Origin: Minisyncoccota bacterium
GTDB lineage: Bacteria > Patescibacteriota > Minisyncoccia > JAHIHE01 > JAGLIN01
Assembly (NCBI GenBank): GCA_023270095.1
Contig: JAGLSJ010000001.1
Coordinates: 1-38,370 of the forward strand
Length of the DNA stretch: 38,370 nt
Direction of reading: 5' to 3'
Program-made: the position numbers and the translations under genes
The notes under the pieces: generated by a model
Seen by the model: the letters and a program-made list of their open reading frames with translations, nothing else
The model's database searches: none
What the model was told of the DNA's origin: nothing
In this document: piece after piece, positions 1-7,201 of the stretch
Position numbering within the stretch: the first letter of the stretch is position 1
How the letters are laid out: every line of letters begins with the position of its first letter

Positions 1-3000
1 GGAATGATAGTAGTTTGGATATCACGGAGGCGATTACAGTGAGTGCTTGGGTGAAAAGAGGATTAACATTAGGAACTTATCAAAGAATAATAGACAAAAG
101 ATACAGTGCTTATTCTTTAGCATTATGGACCGATAATAAAATTAATCTTAATATTGAGGGTTTTGATGGAGACAATAATAAATTTAGTATATTAGCAATC
201 ACTGATAATAATTGGCATCATATAGTGGGTACATTTGGAAATAGTGTATGGGCTATTTATATTGACGGAGTATTAGATAATAGTGGAATTGATAATGGTT
301 CAATTAATACCAATGCTGATAATATATTGATAGGTGCTCATACAAATGGTTCGCAATTTTTCAACGGCTCCATTGACGATGTTCGTATATATGACTATGC
401 TCGTTCTGCCGATGAAATCCGTCTTGACTACAACGCCGGAGTGGCAACTCATCTTGGTCCGTCGGGGAAAACCTGCTCCGAAGATCCGGCGGGGTGTGTG
501 GATTATGGATTGGTGGGATCTTGGGGAATGGATGAAGGCGCGGGGACAACGGCGTATGATAGTTCTGATAATTCTAATGATGGGACTTTAACGAATGGTC
601 CGACTTGGACGACGGATTCCTCCCCTTTAGCGGGAGATGGAGGGAGTTTGAAGTTTGACGGGGTGGATGATTATGTTGATATAATGGATGCTGATAGTCT
701 AGATGTTACGAATGCGATTACAATTGAAGCGTGGGCGAAACCGATAGGTATAAATTCTGTTGGTGGATCTCCAGAATATGGTCTATCTTATATTACATCA
801 TTTAGCGGTACTGATTTAAAATATGAATCAAATAATTTTTCATTCAGAGTTGGAAATATATTGTCGTCTCAGATTACCGTATGGTCATCTGCAAAAAGTT
901 TAAATGAATTTTATCACATAGTTGGAACTTATGATGGCTCCTTGATTAAAATATATGTGAATGGATTGGAAGAAGATTCAGATAATCAAACAGGTGATAT
1001 AAAGCTTGGTTCGCTCGATTTACATATTGGAAATTTTGCAGGATATAGTAATGTAAGACATTTCAACGGCTCCATTGACTCTGTCCGTATCTATAACCGC
1101 GCGTTGTTGGCGGAGGAAGTGAGGTATCATTATAACAAAGGCGGACCCGTGGCGGAGTGGAAGTTTGACGAAGGAAGCGGACAGACGGCTTTTGACGGGA
1201 GTTGGAATAATAATGACGGGACGAGGACGGCGGGGTCAACTTCGGGGACGGTTGATTCGGGGTCAACGGCTACTTTAGTTGACTCTGCTTTGACGCAGGC
1301 GGATGATTATTGGAATGACTGGACGGTAAAAATTGTCACCACCACGGATAGCTTAGCTCCCCAGGGCGAAACGGCAACAATCACTGATTTTGTCGCTACC
1401 ACTGACACTCTTTCTTTCGTCGCCCTCACCACCGCCGTAGGAGCGGGAGATACTTACAAACTCTACTACGGCGACGAAAACGGCCCGACCTGGACAACTG
1501 GGAAATACAGCTCAGCGATGAGTTTTGACGGGGTGGATGATTATGTTGACGCGGGGAGTGATGCGAGTTTGGATATTACGGATGCGATTACAGTAAGCGC
1601 GTGGGTGAAAACAACTGATACAGGAGTTTGGTTTAAGGCAATTGTTGCTAAATATGGATATACATCGATAGCTGAGTCTTGGGGGCTTGGATATACTGAT
1701 ACAAACATCCTTGGATTTTATATCAGAGATAGTGGGTATACGCAAAATATTGCAGCTGCATCAACAAATGAAGGATTAGACGGTAATTGGCATCATCTTA
1801 TAGGAACAGCAAATAGCACGGTTGTAAATTTTTATATAGATGGAGTATTAAAACAATCTACTGCTAGAACAGCAGGTGATATAACTAATGACAGACCAGT
1901 GTCTATTGCACGTCATCATGTGGATAGCTATTTCAACGGCTCCATTGACGATGTCCGTATCTATGACTACGCCCGCACAGTGGATGAAATTCGGCTGGAT
2001 TATCAGGCGGGGGTGGCGACTCATCTTGGTCCGTCCGGGAAAGATTGCGATGAAGATCCGGCGGGGTGTATGGATTATGGGTTGGTGGGGAGTTGGGGGA
2101 TGGATGAAGGAACAGGAACAACGGCGTATGATAGTTCTGATAATTCTAATGATGGGACTTTAACAAATGGTCCGACTTGGACGACGGATTCCTCCCCTTT
2201 AGCGGGAGGTGGCGGGAGTTTGAAATTTGACGGGGTGAATGATTATGTGGATGCGGGGGATGATGCAAGTTTGAATATTACGGATGAGGTTACAGTAGAA
2301 GCATGGGTTTATAGTAATGGAACACAGGCAGACGATTATGCTGCGATATCAGGAAAATCAACAAGTTATTATCTGAACTTTAACCATACAGGTGATAGTT
2401 TGTATTTCACTATTACTGACAATAGTATTAATAAAAATACTATATATGCCATAACGCATAATAAATGGGTTCATATTGTAGGAACTTTTGATAGTACAGT
2501 GATTAAACTGTATATGGACAGCATAGAGGTGGATTCTACTGATTATACTGGAGATATAGATAGTAATATAAATAATAAAATTTTTATAGGTGCATATGGA
2601 ACAACGGGTGTTGCGAGTAATAATTTTTTCAACGGCTCCATCGACTCCGTCCGTATCTATAACCGTGCGTTGTCGGCGGAGGAAGTTCGGTATCATTATA
2701 ACAAAGGCGGACCTGTGGCAGAGTGGGGGTTTGATGAAGGTTCGGAAACGACGGCTTTTGACGGGAGCTGGAATAACAATGACGGGACGCTTACTAATTT
2801 TGGCACGACTGATACGGGAACAGCGGAATCGGGAGGAGATAATACTCTTACGGATTCAGATAAAACTTGGTCAACAGACCAATGGGCGGATGGAACGATA
2901 ACAACAACAGGCGGAACCGGATTAGGGCAATCAAGAACTGTTTTATCAAACACCGCCACCATTATTACCGTTTCTTCCAACTGGACCACAAACCCCGACG

Positions 3001-3545
3001 CCACAACAACATATTCTCTGGTTCAAGCTCCAACATGGACCTCTGGGAAATATGGTAGTGCTATTAAGTTTGATGGGAGTAATGATTATGTTGATGTTGG
3101 GAATGATAGTAGTTTGAGTTTTTCAAATAATTTTACTCTTGAGGCTTGGATATATCCAAAAAATTATGATGGTGGCCGTGCTATTATTCGTAAAGATAGT
3201 TCTTATGTAATTTATTATTCGTCCGAACTTGATTTTTATAATTGGGCTGATTCTAGTAGATTGTCTTGCCAAAAGTCAAATACCCCCTTAAATACTTGGT
3301 CTCACGTCGTAGCGGTATGGGATGGAACGAATAAAATAATATATGTAAATGGGGTTGTTTGTGTAAGTGCTCCTTCGGTTAATTTTAGTGAGAATTCAAA
3401 TGATACGCATATCGGTTCAAATTCTTTTGGTTCTGATTATTTTTTCAACGGCTCCATTGATGATGTTCGTATCTATAACTACGCCCGCACAGCGGAACAA
3501 ATACAGATGGATTATAACGCGGGAGTTGCGACGCATTTGAAATAA
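1..3545 (+). CDS. Large surface/secreted protein built of tandem LamG (concanavalin A-like lectin, Laminin_G_3-type) modules; 5' end cut by the window edge
   Basis: The frame is open to the window edge. Nt 3-14 encode NDSS, the same motif and nucleotides as 3106-3117. At least five modules each end in FNGSID(D/S)VRIY(D/N)xA(R/L)(S/T)xxE(I/V). Stop TAA at 3543-3545. Confidence 0.85.
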   Translation, partial: NDSSLDITEAITVSAWVKRGLTLGTYQRIIDKRYSAYSLALWTDNKINLNIEGFDGDNNKFSILAITDNNWHHIVGTFGNSVWAIYIDGVLDNSGIDNGSINTNADNILIGAHTNGSQFFNGSIDDVRIYDYARSADEIRLDYNAGVATHLGPSGKTCSEDPAGCVDYGLVGSWGMDEGAGTTAYDSSDNSNDGTLTNGPTWTTDSSPLAGDGGSLKFDGVDDYVDIMDADSLDVTNAITIEAWAKPIGINSVGGSPEYGLSYITSFSGTDLKYESNNFSFRVGNILSSQITVWSSAKSLNEFYHIVGTYDGSLIKIYVNGLEEDSDNQTGDIKLGSLDLHIGNFAGYSNVRHFNGSIDSVRIYNRALLAEEVRYHYNKGGPVAEWKFDEGSGQTAFDGSWNNNDGTRTAGSTSGTVDSGSTATLVDSALTQADDYWNDWTVKIVTTTDSLAPQGETATITDFVATTDTLSFVALTTAVGAGDTYKLYYGDENGPTWTTGKYSSAMSFDGVDDYVDAGSDASLDITDAITVSAWVKTTDTGVWFKAIVAKYGYTSIAESWGLGYTDTNILGFYIRDSGYTQNIAAASTNEGLDGNWHHLIGTANSTVVNFYIDGVLKQSTARTAGDITNDRPVSIARHHVDSYFNGSIDDVRIYDYARTVDEIRLDYQAGVATHLGPSGKDCDEDPAGCMDYGLVGSWGMDEGTGTTAYDSSDNSNDGTLTNGPTWTTDSSPLAGGGGSLKFDGVNDYVDAGDDASLNITDEVTVEAWVYSNGTQADDYAAISGKSTSYYLNFNHTGDSLYFTITDNSINKNTIYAITHNKWVHIVGTFDSTVIKLYMDSIEVDSTDYTGDIDSNINNKIFIGAYGTTGVASNNFFNGSIDSVRIYNRALSAEEVRYHYNKGGPVAEWGFDEGSETTAFDGSWNNNDGTLTNFGTTDTGTAESGGDNTLTDSDKTWSTDQWADGTITTTGGTGLGQSRTVLSNTATIITVSSNWTTNPDATTTYSLVQAPTWTSGKYGSAIKFDGSNDYVDVGNDSSLSFSNNFTLEAWIYPKNYDGGRAIIRKDSSYVIYYSSELDFYNWADSSRLSCQKSNTPLNTWSHVVAVWDGTNKIIYVNGVVCVSAPSVNFSENSNDTHIGSNSFGSDYFFNGSIDDVRIYNYARTAEQIQMDYNAGVATHLK
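359..735 (+). repeat. Intragenic linker-A repeat, copy 1 (pairs with 1932-2308)
   Basis: Direct nucleotide alignment with 1932-2308. It contains a 91-nt block (546-636 vs 2118-2208) with one mismatch. Confidence 0.9.
1063..1225 (+). repeat. Intragenic linker-B repeat, copy 1 (pairs with 2628-2790)
   Basis: Near-identical nucleotides encoding FNGSIDSVRIYNRAL.AEEVRYHYNKGGPVAEW.FDEGS..TAFDGSWNNNDGT. Confidence 0.9.
1932..2308 (+). repeat. Intragenic linker-A repeat, copy 2. A third, truncated start of the same unit lies at 3445-3545.
   Basis: Offset of about 1572 nt from copy 1, with the same FNGSIDDVRIYDYAR...GVATHLGPSGK...GSLKFDGV coding string. Confidence 0.9.
2628..2790 (+). repeat. Intragenic linker-B repeat, copy 2
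   Basis: Offset of about 1565 nt from copy 1. Confidence 0.9.
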
Positions 3546-3565
3546 TTTCAACCCTTACCGCTACC

Positions 3566-3695
3566 GCGGGAACTGGTTTGCAACCAGTTTCATAATGTTT
3601 TTTTATCTCACAAATCGTGTTTATAAAATTATTTGCATAAAAACGAATAATTGAAACTTAGAAGCATAAGGACCAGATTGCAAATCCGCTCTCGC
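3566..3695 (+). repeat. TIR-bounded intergenic element, copy 1 (130 bp)
   Basis: Left end GCGGGAACTGGTTTGCAACCAG, which includes the hairpin GGAACTGGTT-TGC-AACCAGTTTC. Right end ACCAGATTGCAAATCCGCTCTCGC is about 16/22 complementary to the left end. The core GTGTTTATAAAATTATTTGCATAAAAACGAATAATTGAAACTTAGAAGCATAAGG is shared with copy 3. Confidence 0.85.
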
Positions 3696-3708
3696 ATAGA
3701 ACATAAGA

Positions 3709-3767
3709 ACCAGGTTGCAAACTCGCTCCCGCGTAGAAATCCACTTCCGTGATAAACCCGCTCCCGC
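3709..3767 (+). repeat. Extra solo right-end half-sites of the same element (3709-3732 full, 3754-3767 partial)
   Basis: ACCAGGTTGCAAACTCGCTCCCGC and AAACCCGCTCCCGC follow copy 1 directly. Confidence 0.7.
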
Positions 3768-3778
3768 GATAAAACTTT

Positions 3779-3888
3779 GCGGGAACTGGTTTGCAACCAG
3801 CTTCATAATGTTTCCCATATATCACAAAGCGTGTTTATAAAATTATTTGTATAAAAACAGATAAACCGGGTTGCAAACCCGCTCCTGC
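3779..3888 (+). repeat. TIR-bounded intergenic element, copy 2 (110 bp, with an internal deletion of about 27 nt)
   Basis: GCGGGAACTGGTTTGCAACCAG ... GTGTTTATAAAATTATTTGTATAAAAAC ... ACCGGGTTGCAAACCCGCTCCTGC. Confidence 0.85.
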
Positions 3889-3937
3889 AATATTAAGAAT
3901 AGCAACACATTTTAAATAATACATTAAATAAATCAAT

Positions 3938-4366
3938 ATGGAAAAGAAATCAAATCAAATAGTAGGTTATGTTTTGTTGGTGTTGGGTCTTGCGGTGATA
4001 TTTTTTGGAATATCTTCTTCGTATGATATTTTTACTGCGAAGAAAGAAGCACCTCAAGTGTTTCAGTATAACAGTGGAGAGTTAATTGATTCTGATCTTC
4101 AGAAAATTGGAGATACTCAAAAAGAAATTGTGATCGATAAATCAAGGCTAGCAGATCCAGAATATGTGAAGAGTTTGGAGAGTCAACAAAAGTCCATAAC
4201 AGAAGACTTAGTTAAAAATCAGATAGGTGACTTGTTAAAAGACATAATACCGCAAGAATTTATCATAAAGCTTCTCAATCTTTCAAGTTGGTCCTTATTT
4301 ATTTTTATTTTAATTTTTGCTGGAGGAAAAATTTCGGGGTTGGGGATTAAATTATTGAAGGATTGA
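3938..4366 (+). CDS. Small hypothetical membrane protein (142 aa) with hydrophobic segments at the N and C termini
   Basis: ATG-initiated ORF. Hydrophobic helices IVGYVLLVLGLAVIFFGI and WSLFIFILIFAGG flank a charged central region. No family recognised. Confidence 0.6.
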   Translation: MEKKSNQIVGYVLLVLGLAVIFFGISSSYDIFTAKKEAPQVFQYNSGELIDSDLQKIGDTQKEIVIDKSRLADPEYVKSLESQQKSITEDLVKNQIGDLLKDIIPQEFIIKLLNLSSWSLFIFILIFAGGKISGLGIKLLKD

Positions 4367-4421
4367 TTGGCAGGAGATAGGAGTTCTCACGAGAGTGAGA
4401 GTGAAATCTTGTAAAATTTCT

Positions 4422-4553
4422 GCGGGAACTGGTTTGAGAGCCAGATTTCATAATGTTTTTTGTTTGTATAAATCGTGTTTATAAAATTATTTGCATAAAA
4501 ACGAATAATTGAAACTTAGAAGCATAAGGACCGGATTGCAAATTCGCTCCCAC
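4422..4553 (+). repeat. TIR-bounded intergenic element, copy 3 (132 bp)
   Basis: GCGGGAACTGGTTTGAGAGCCAG, then a core identical to copy 1, then ACCGGATTGCAAATTCGCTCCCAC. Confidence 0.85.
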
Positions 4554-4640
4554 AATGAAATTGCTTTCGCATAAAATAAAAGATTGTGAATAGCCTGACT
4601 CTTGTCAGGATTCCAATCAAATAATATTTCTTAAACGCAA

Positions 4641-4672
4641 AAAAATAATCTACATAAATATAGATTATTTTT
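4641..4672. terminator. AT-rich perfect 12-bp hairpin, a possible bidirectional terminator
   Basis: AAAAATAATCTA-cataaata-TAGATTATTTTT. Confidence 0.4.
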
Positions 4673-4863
4673 TAAAAACATAGCAACCAAGAAATTTCAA
4701 AAAATTAAGAATTGTCTTTTGCTGTTGTCTTGATGCATTTTGTACATATTTTGATTTTTTCTCCATCAATATGTTTTGTCTGCACATTGATGAATTGTTT
4801 TCTTTTTGTGGCGATGTTTGAGTGACTTCGAGACTGACTTGCTCTTGTTCCTCTGCCACAAAC

Positions 4864-4892
4864 TTGACATATTTTACTCATAAAGCGATAAT
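4864..4892 (+). promoter_or_regulatory. Sigma70-like promoter for the M50 protease gene
   Basis: TTGACA (4864-4869), 17-nt spacer, GATAAT (4887-4892). Confidence 0.55.
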
Positions 4893-4948
4893 TAGATTAT
4901 TATGTTAGCACATAGCTATCTTAAACTAAAAAATTAATTTTGGCAAGT

Positions 4949-5581
4949 ATGGAATTTACTATCGCAATTTTTTTCGTAATCATCTTATTATTTTCAGCTG
5001 TAATTCATGAATTTGCTCATGGGTGGATGGCAAATTATCTCGGAGATCCGACTGCAAAATTTATGGGTCGGTTAACCTTGAACCCAATTCCGCATATTGA
5101 TTTGATTGGTTCAATTCTAGTTCCTCTGTTTTTGATTTTTAGTAGCGTCGGTTTTATATTTGCTTGGGCAAAACCAGTTCCTTATAATCCTCACAATTTG
5201 CGAGATAAAAAAAATGGTGAGATGCTCGTTGCTTTGGCTGGCCCTCTTTCAAATTTGATTATCGCTTTGATTTTCGGTGCTATTATTCGGATAATGATGT
5301 TTCAAAATATTGATTCAACGATGATATTGTTTTTCTCTTTTATTGTGTATCTGAATCTTATTCTAGCTCTTTTCAACTTGATGCCAATCCCTCCCCTAGA
5401 TGGTTCAAAAATACTTTTTCATTTTTTGCCATATTCTATGCAGGGTACAAAAGAATTTCTCGAAAAAAACGGTATGATATTGTTGCTCGCATTTATTTTC
5501 TTGGGGGGATTTAGTTTTATTCTTTGGCCTATCCTAGAATTATTGTTTGTTTTATTTACAGGGAGCAGCGGGTTTTTATAA
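4949..5581 (+). CDS. Site-2 protease family (peptidase M50) integral membrane zinc metalloprotease, no PDZ domain
   Basis: HEFAHG (HExxH) in the first TM helix and a NLMPIPPLDGSKIL motif. Multi-TM. The ATG at 4949 is preferred over the TTG at 4940. Confidence 0.85.
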   Translation: MEFTIAIFFVIILLFSAVIHEFAHGWMANYLGDPTAKFMGRLTLNPIPHIDLIGSILVPLFLIFSSVGFIFAWAKPVPYNPHNLRDKKNGEMLVALAGPLSNLIIALIFGAIIRIMMFQNIDSTMILFFSFIVYLNLILALFNLMPIPPLDGSKILFHFLPYSMQGTKEFLEKNGMILLLAFIFLGGFSFILWPILELLFVLFTGSSGFL

Positions 5582-5617
5582 GAAATATTGATCAGTTAAT
5601 AACTTTGAATTGCTAAG

Positions 5618-5708
5618 TGTCATTCTGAGTGAAACGAAGAATCCCGAAACCACATACAAAGAACTTAATTAAGGGATTGCCACGCTCCTTTTGTCGCTCG
5701 CAATGACA
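5618..5708 (-). repeat. Dispersed imperfect-hairpin repeat, copy A (91 bp)
   Basis: Its reverse complement aligns end to end with 18645-18735. The arms TGTCATTCTGAGTGAAACGAAGAATCCC and GGGATTGCCACGCTCCTTTTGTCGCTCGCAATGACA are mutually complementary at their ends. Confidence 0.85.
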
Positions 5709-5839
5709 ATAATATTTTATAATCCAAAATAATAAATTTCTATTTTTCTTTGTGAAAAGAAAATGACAGAAGGAATTGCAATGATAATAATAAAACATTA
5801 GAATTTTAAAACGCTACTATGTTAAAATGATTTTGTTTC

Positions 5840-5868
5840 TTGACACATCTGTAACTATCTGTTAATCT
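5840..5868 (+). promoter_or_regulatory. Sigma70-like promoter upstream of rpsL
   Basis: TTGACA (5840-5845), 17-nt spacer, TAATCT (5863-5868). Confidence 0.55.
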
Positions 5869-5977
5869 TAGGATTATTGAGAGATTACACGAAATATTAA
5901 TGAAAAAAATTGCACAAGCTTATGCAGTTGTGCTATTTTTAACTGATTTTTATAATAAAACTATCTAATACAAAAAA

Positions 5978-6394
5978 ATGCCAACAATACAACAATTGAT
6001 TCGAAAACCAAGAACAAAGACTGCTAAGAAGTCAAAAACGCCAGCTCTTGCGCGTAATTTTAATTATCTGAAAAATACACCATCTGTTGCTAAAAAGGGA
6101 AATCCTTTCAAGCGAGGTGTTTGTGTAAAAGTTGGTACTGTGACTCCAAGAAAACCGAACTCAGCTCTTCGAAAAATTGCCAGAGTAAAACTGACAAATG
6201 GAGCCGAAGTGACTGCATATATTCCTGGAATTGGACATACATTGCAAGAACATTCAGTCGTGATGATTAGAGGTGGAAGAGTGAAAGATCTTCCAGGAGT
6301 TCGATATCACATTGTTCGTGGAGTTCTTGATGCTGGTGGAGTTGAAGGAAGAAGACAAGAAAGAAGTAAATACGGGACAAAGAGACCTAAATAG
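5978..6394 (+). CDS. rpsL: 30S ribosomal protein S12
   Basis: [12 protein letters not shown]... [10 protein letters not shown]... [14 protein letters not shown]. These are canonical S12 strings. Confidence 0.97.
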   Translation: MPTIQQLIRKPRTKTAKKSKTPALARNFNYLKNTPSVAKKGNPFKRGVCVKVGTVTPRKPNSALRKIARVKLTNGAEVTAYIPGIGHTLQEHSVVMIRGGRVKDLPGVRYHIVRGVLDAGGVEGRRQERSKYGTKRPK

Positions 6395-6400
6395 TTTTTA

Positions 6401-6424
6401 ATATAAATATAAATATAAATATAA
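6401..6424. repeat. (ATATAA)x4 microsatellite in the rpsL-rpsG spacer
   Basis: Read directly from the sequence. Confidence 0.9.
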
Positions 6425-6454
6425 ATTGAATTTTTAACTTAACTATAAACAATC

Positions 6455-6928
6455 ATGGGACGAAGAAAAAAGACAATAGATAGAGGAATAAAATCTGATT
6501 ACAAATATAACAATCCGATACTGTCTAAATTTATAAATTATATAATGGAAGACGGAAAAAAGACTGTGGCATGCAGAGTTGTTTATGATACTTTGGATAT
6601 TATAAAAGAAAAGACGAAAAAAGATCCAATCGAAGTATTTGAGGAAGCTTATAACAAAGTCGCGCCAGTTTTGGAAGTTAAGTCAAAACGAATCGGAGGA
6701 GCTACATATCAAGTTCCCGTTGAAGTCCGTGGTGGAAATAGAAGAACGCAGCTTGCTTTCAGATGGCTTATAGCTGCAGCAAAAACCAAAAAAGGAAAAC
6801 CAATGTCAGAAAAACTAGCTGAGGAAATTTTGGATATAATTGGTGGGACTGGAGCTGCAATGAAGAAAAAAGAGGATGTTCAAAAAATGGCTGAAGCAAA
6901 CAGAGCGTTTGCACATTTTGCAAGATAG
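6455..6928 (+). CDS. rpsG: 30S ribosomal protein S7
   Basis: GKK..A..IVY... RIGGATYQVPVEV... canonical S7 strings, and adjacent to rpsL. Confidence 0.95.
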   Translation: MGRRKKTIDRGIKSDYKYNNPILSKFINYIMEDGKKTVACRVVYDTLDIIKEKTKKDPIEVFEEAYNKVAPVLEVKSKRIGGATYQVPVEVRGGNRRTQLAFRWLIAAAKTKKGKPMSEKLAEEILDIIGGTGAAMKKKEDVQKMAEANRAFAHFAR

Positions 6929-7201
6929 AATTTAAAACATTTAATATTTTTGAATTACGAAATAATATATAAAAAACTGAGTTTAAAAGCTTGGTTTTTT
7001 TATGGCGAATTTGCAAAATATATTGGTTATCACATTAATTATGCTTTTAACAGATATTGTGGTATAATTTTATTATAAGAAAAAAATAAAATATAATGGA
7101 GAGTAAAAATAAAATTTTAATTTTTAATAAATCAATTTCAGATAAATATTTTTTTGTTGTGAATAATTTGTAAGTCCCGCTTTGGGATTTTTTATTTTTA
7201 A

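Noticed and set aside
334-3058. Ten alternative-frame or antisense ORFs of 62-112 aa inside the LamG gene (334-591, 361-549, 1063-1266, 1512-1745, 1888-2163, 1933-2121, 2358-2696, 2590-2901, 2696-3004, 2867-3058)
   Set aside because: All are nested in the long, motif-rich LamG frame. They occur in duplicate only because the underlying GC-rich linkers are duplicated. Their products are low-complexity Pro/Arg/Trp-rich strings, typical of shadow ORFs.
1-3545. Diversity-generating retroelement (template/variable repeat pair) acting on the LamG protein
   Set aside because: Differences between the repeated linkers involve all four bases rather than adenine-specific substitutions. No reverse transcriptase or accessory gene is present in the window.
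3595-3654. 19-codon ORF (MFFYLTNRVYKIICIKTNN) inside repeat copy 1, also intact in copy 3
   Set aside because: Copy 2 has a 1-nt length difference that shifts the frame to an early stop while the nucleotide sequence stays conserved. Conservation is therefore at DNA/RNA level, not protein level.
3621-3818. 65-aa minus-strand ORF in the track
   Set aside because: It spans the junction of repeat copies and half-sites and is not reproduced at the other copies. It has no SD.
3566-3888. Possible degenerate CRISPR array or tracr-like repeat/anti-repeat (recurring GGTTGCAAA(C/T)CCGCTCCCGC motifs, in both orientations)
   Set aside because: There is no regular repeat-spacer periodicity. The repeats abut each other or enclose a conserved AT-rich core rather than unique spacers. 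No cas gene is in the window. The pattern is better described as inverted-repeat-bounded elements.
3566-4553. Integron-like gene cassette (small ORF flanked by attC-like imperfect palindromes)
   Set aside because: I cannot identify the RYYYAAC/GTTRRRY core sites. There is no intI integrase or attI in view, and only one ORF is flanked. It is kept only as a remote alternative within the repeat finding.
4665-4859. 64-aa minus-strand ORF (GTG start), and an overlapping 30-codon + strand hydrophobic ORF starting at about 4733
   Set aside because: Neither has an SD, and the two are mutually antisense. The minus ORF starts inside the -35 region of the M50 promoter. The evidence is insufficient, though the roughly 380 bp gap remains unexplained.
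5613-5798. 61-aa minus-strand ORF
   Set aside because: Its C-terminal part is the translation of hairpin-repeat copy A. Arms of this repeat family routinely produce such artefactual ORFs.
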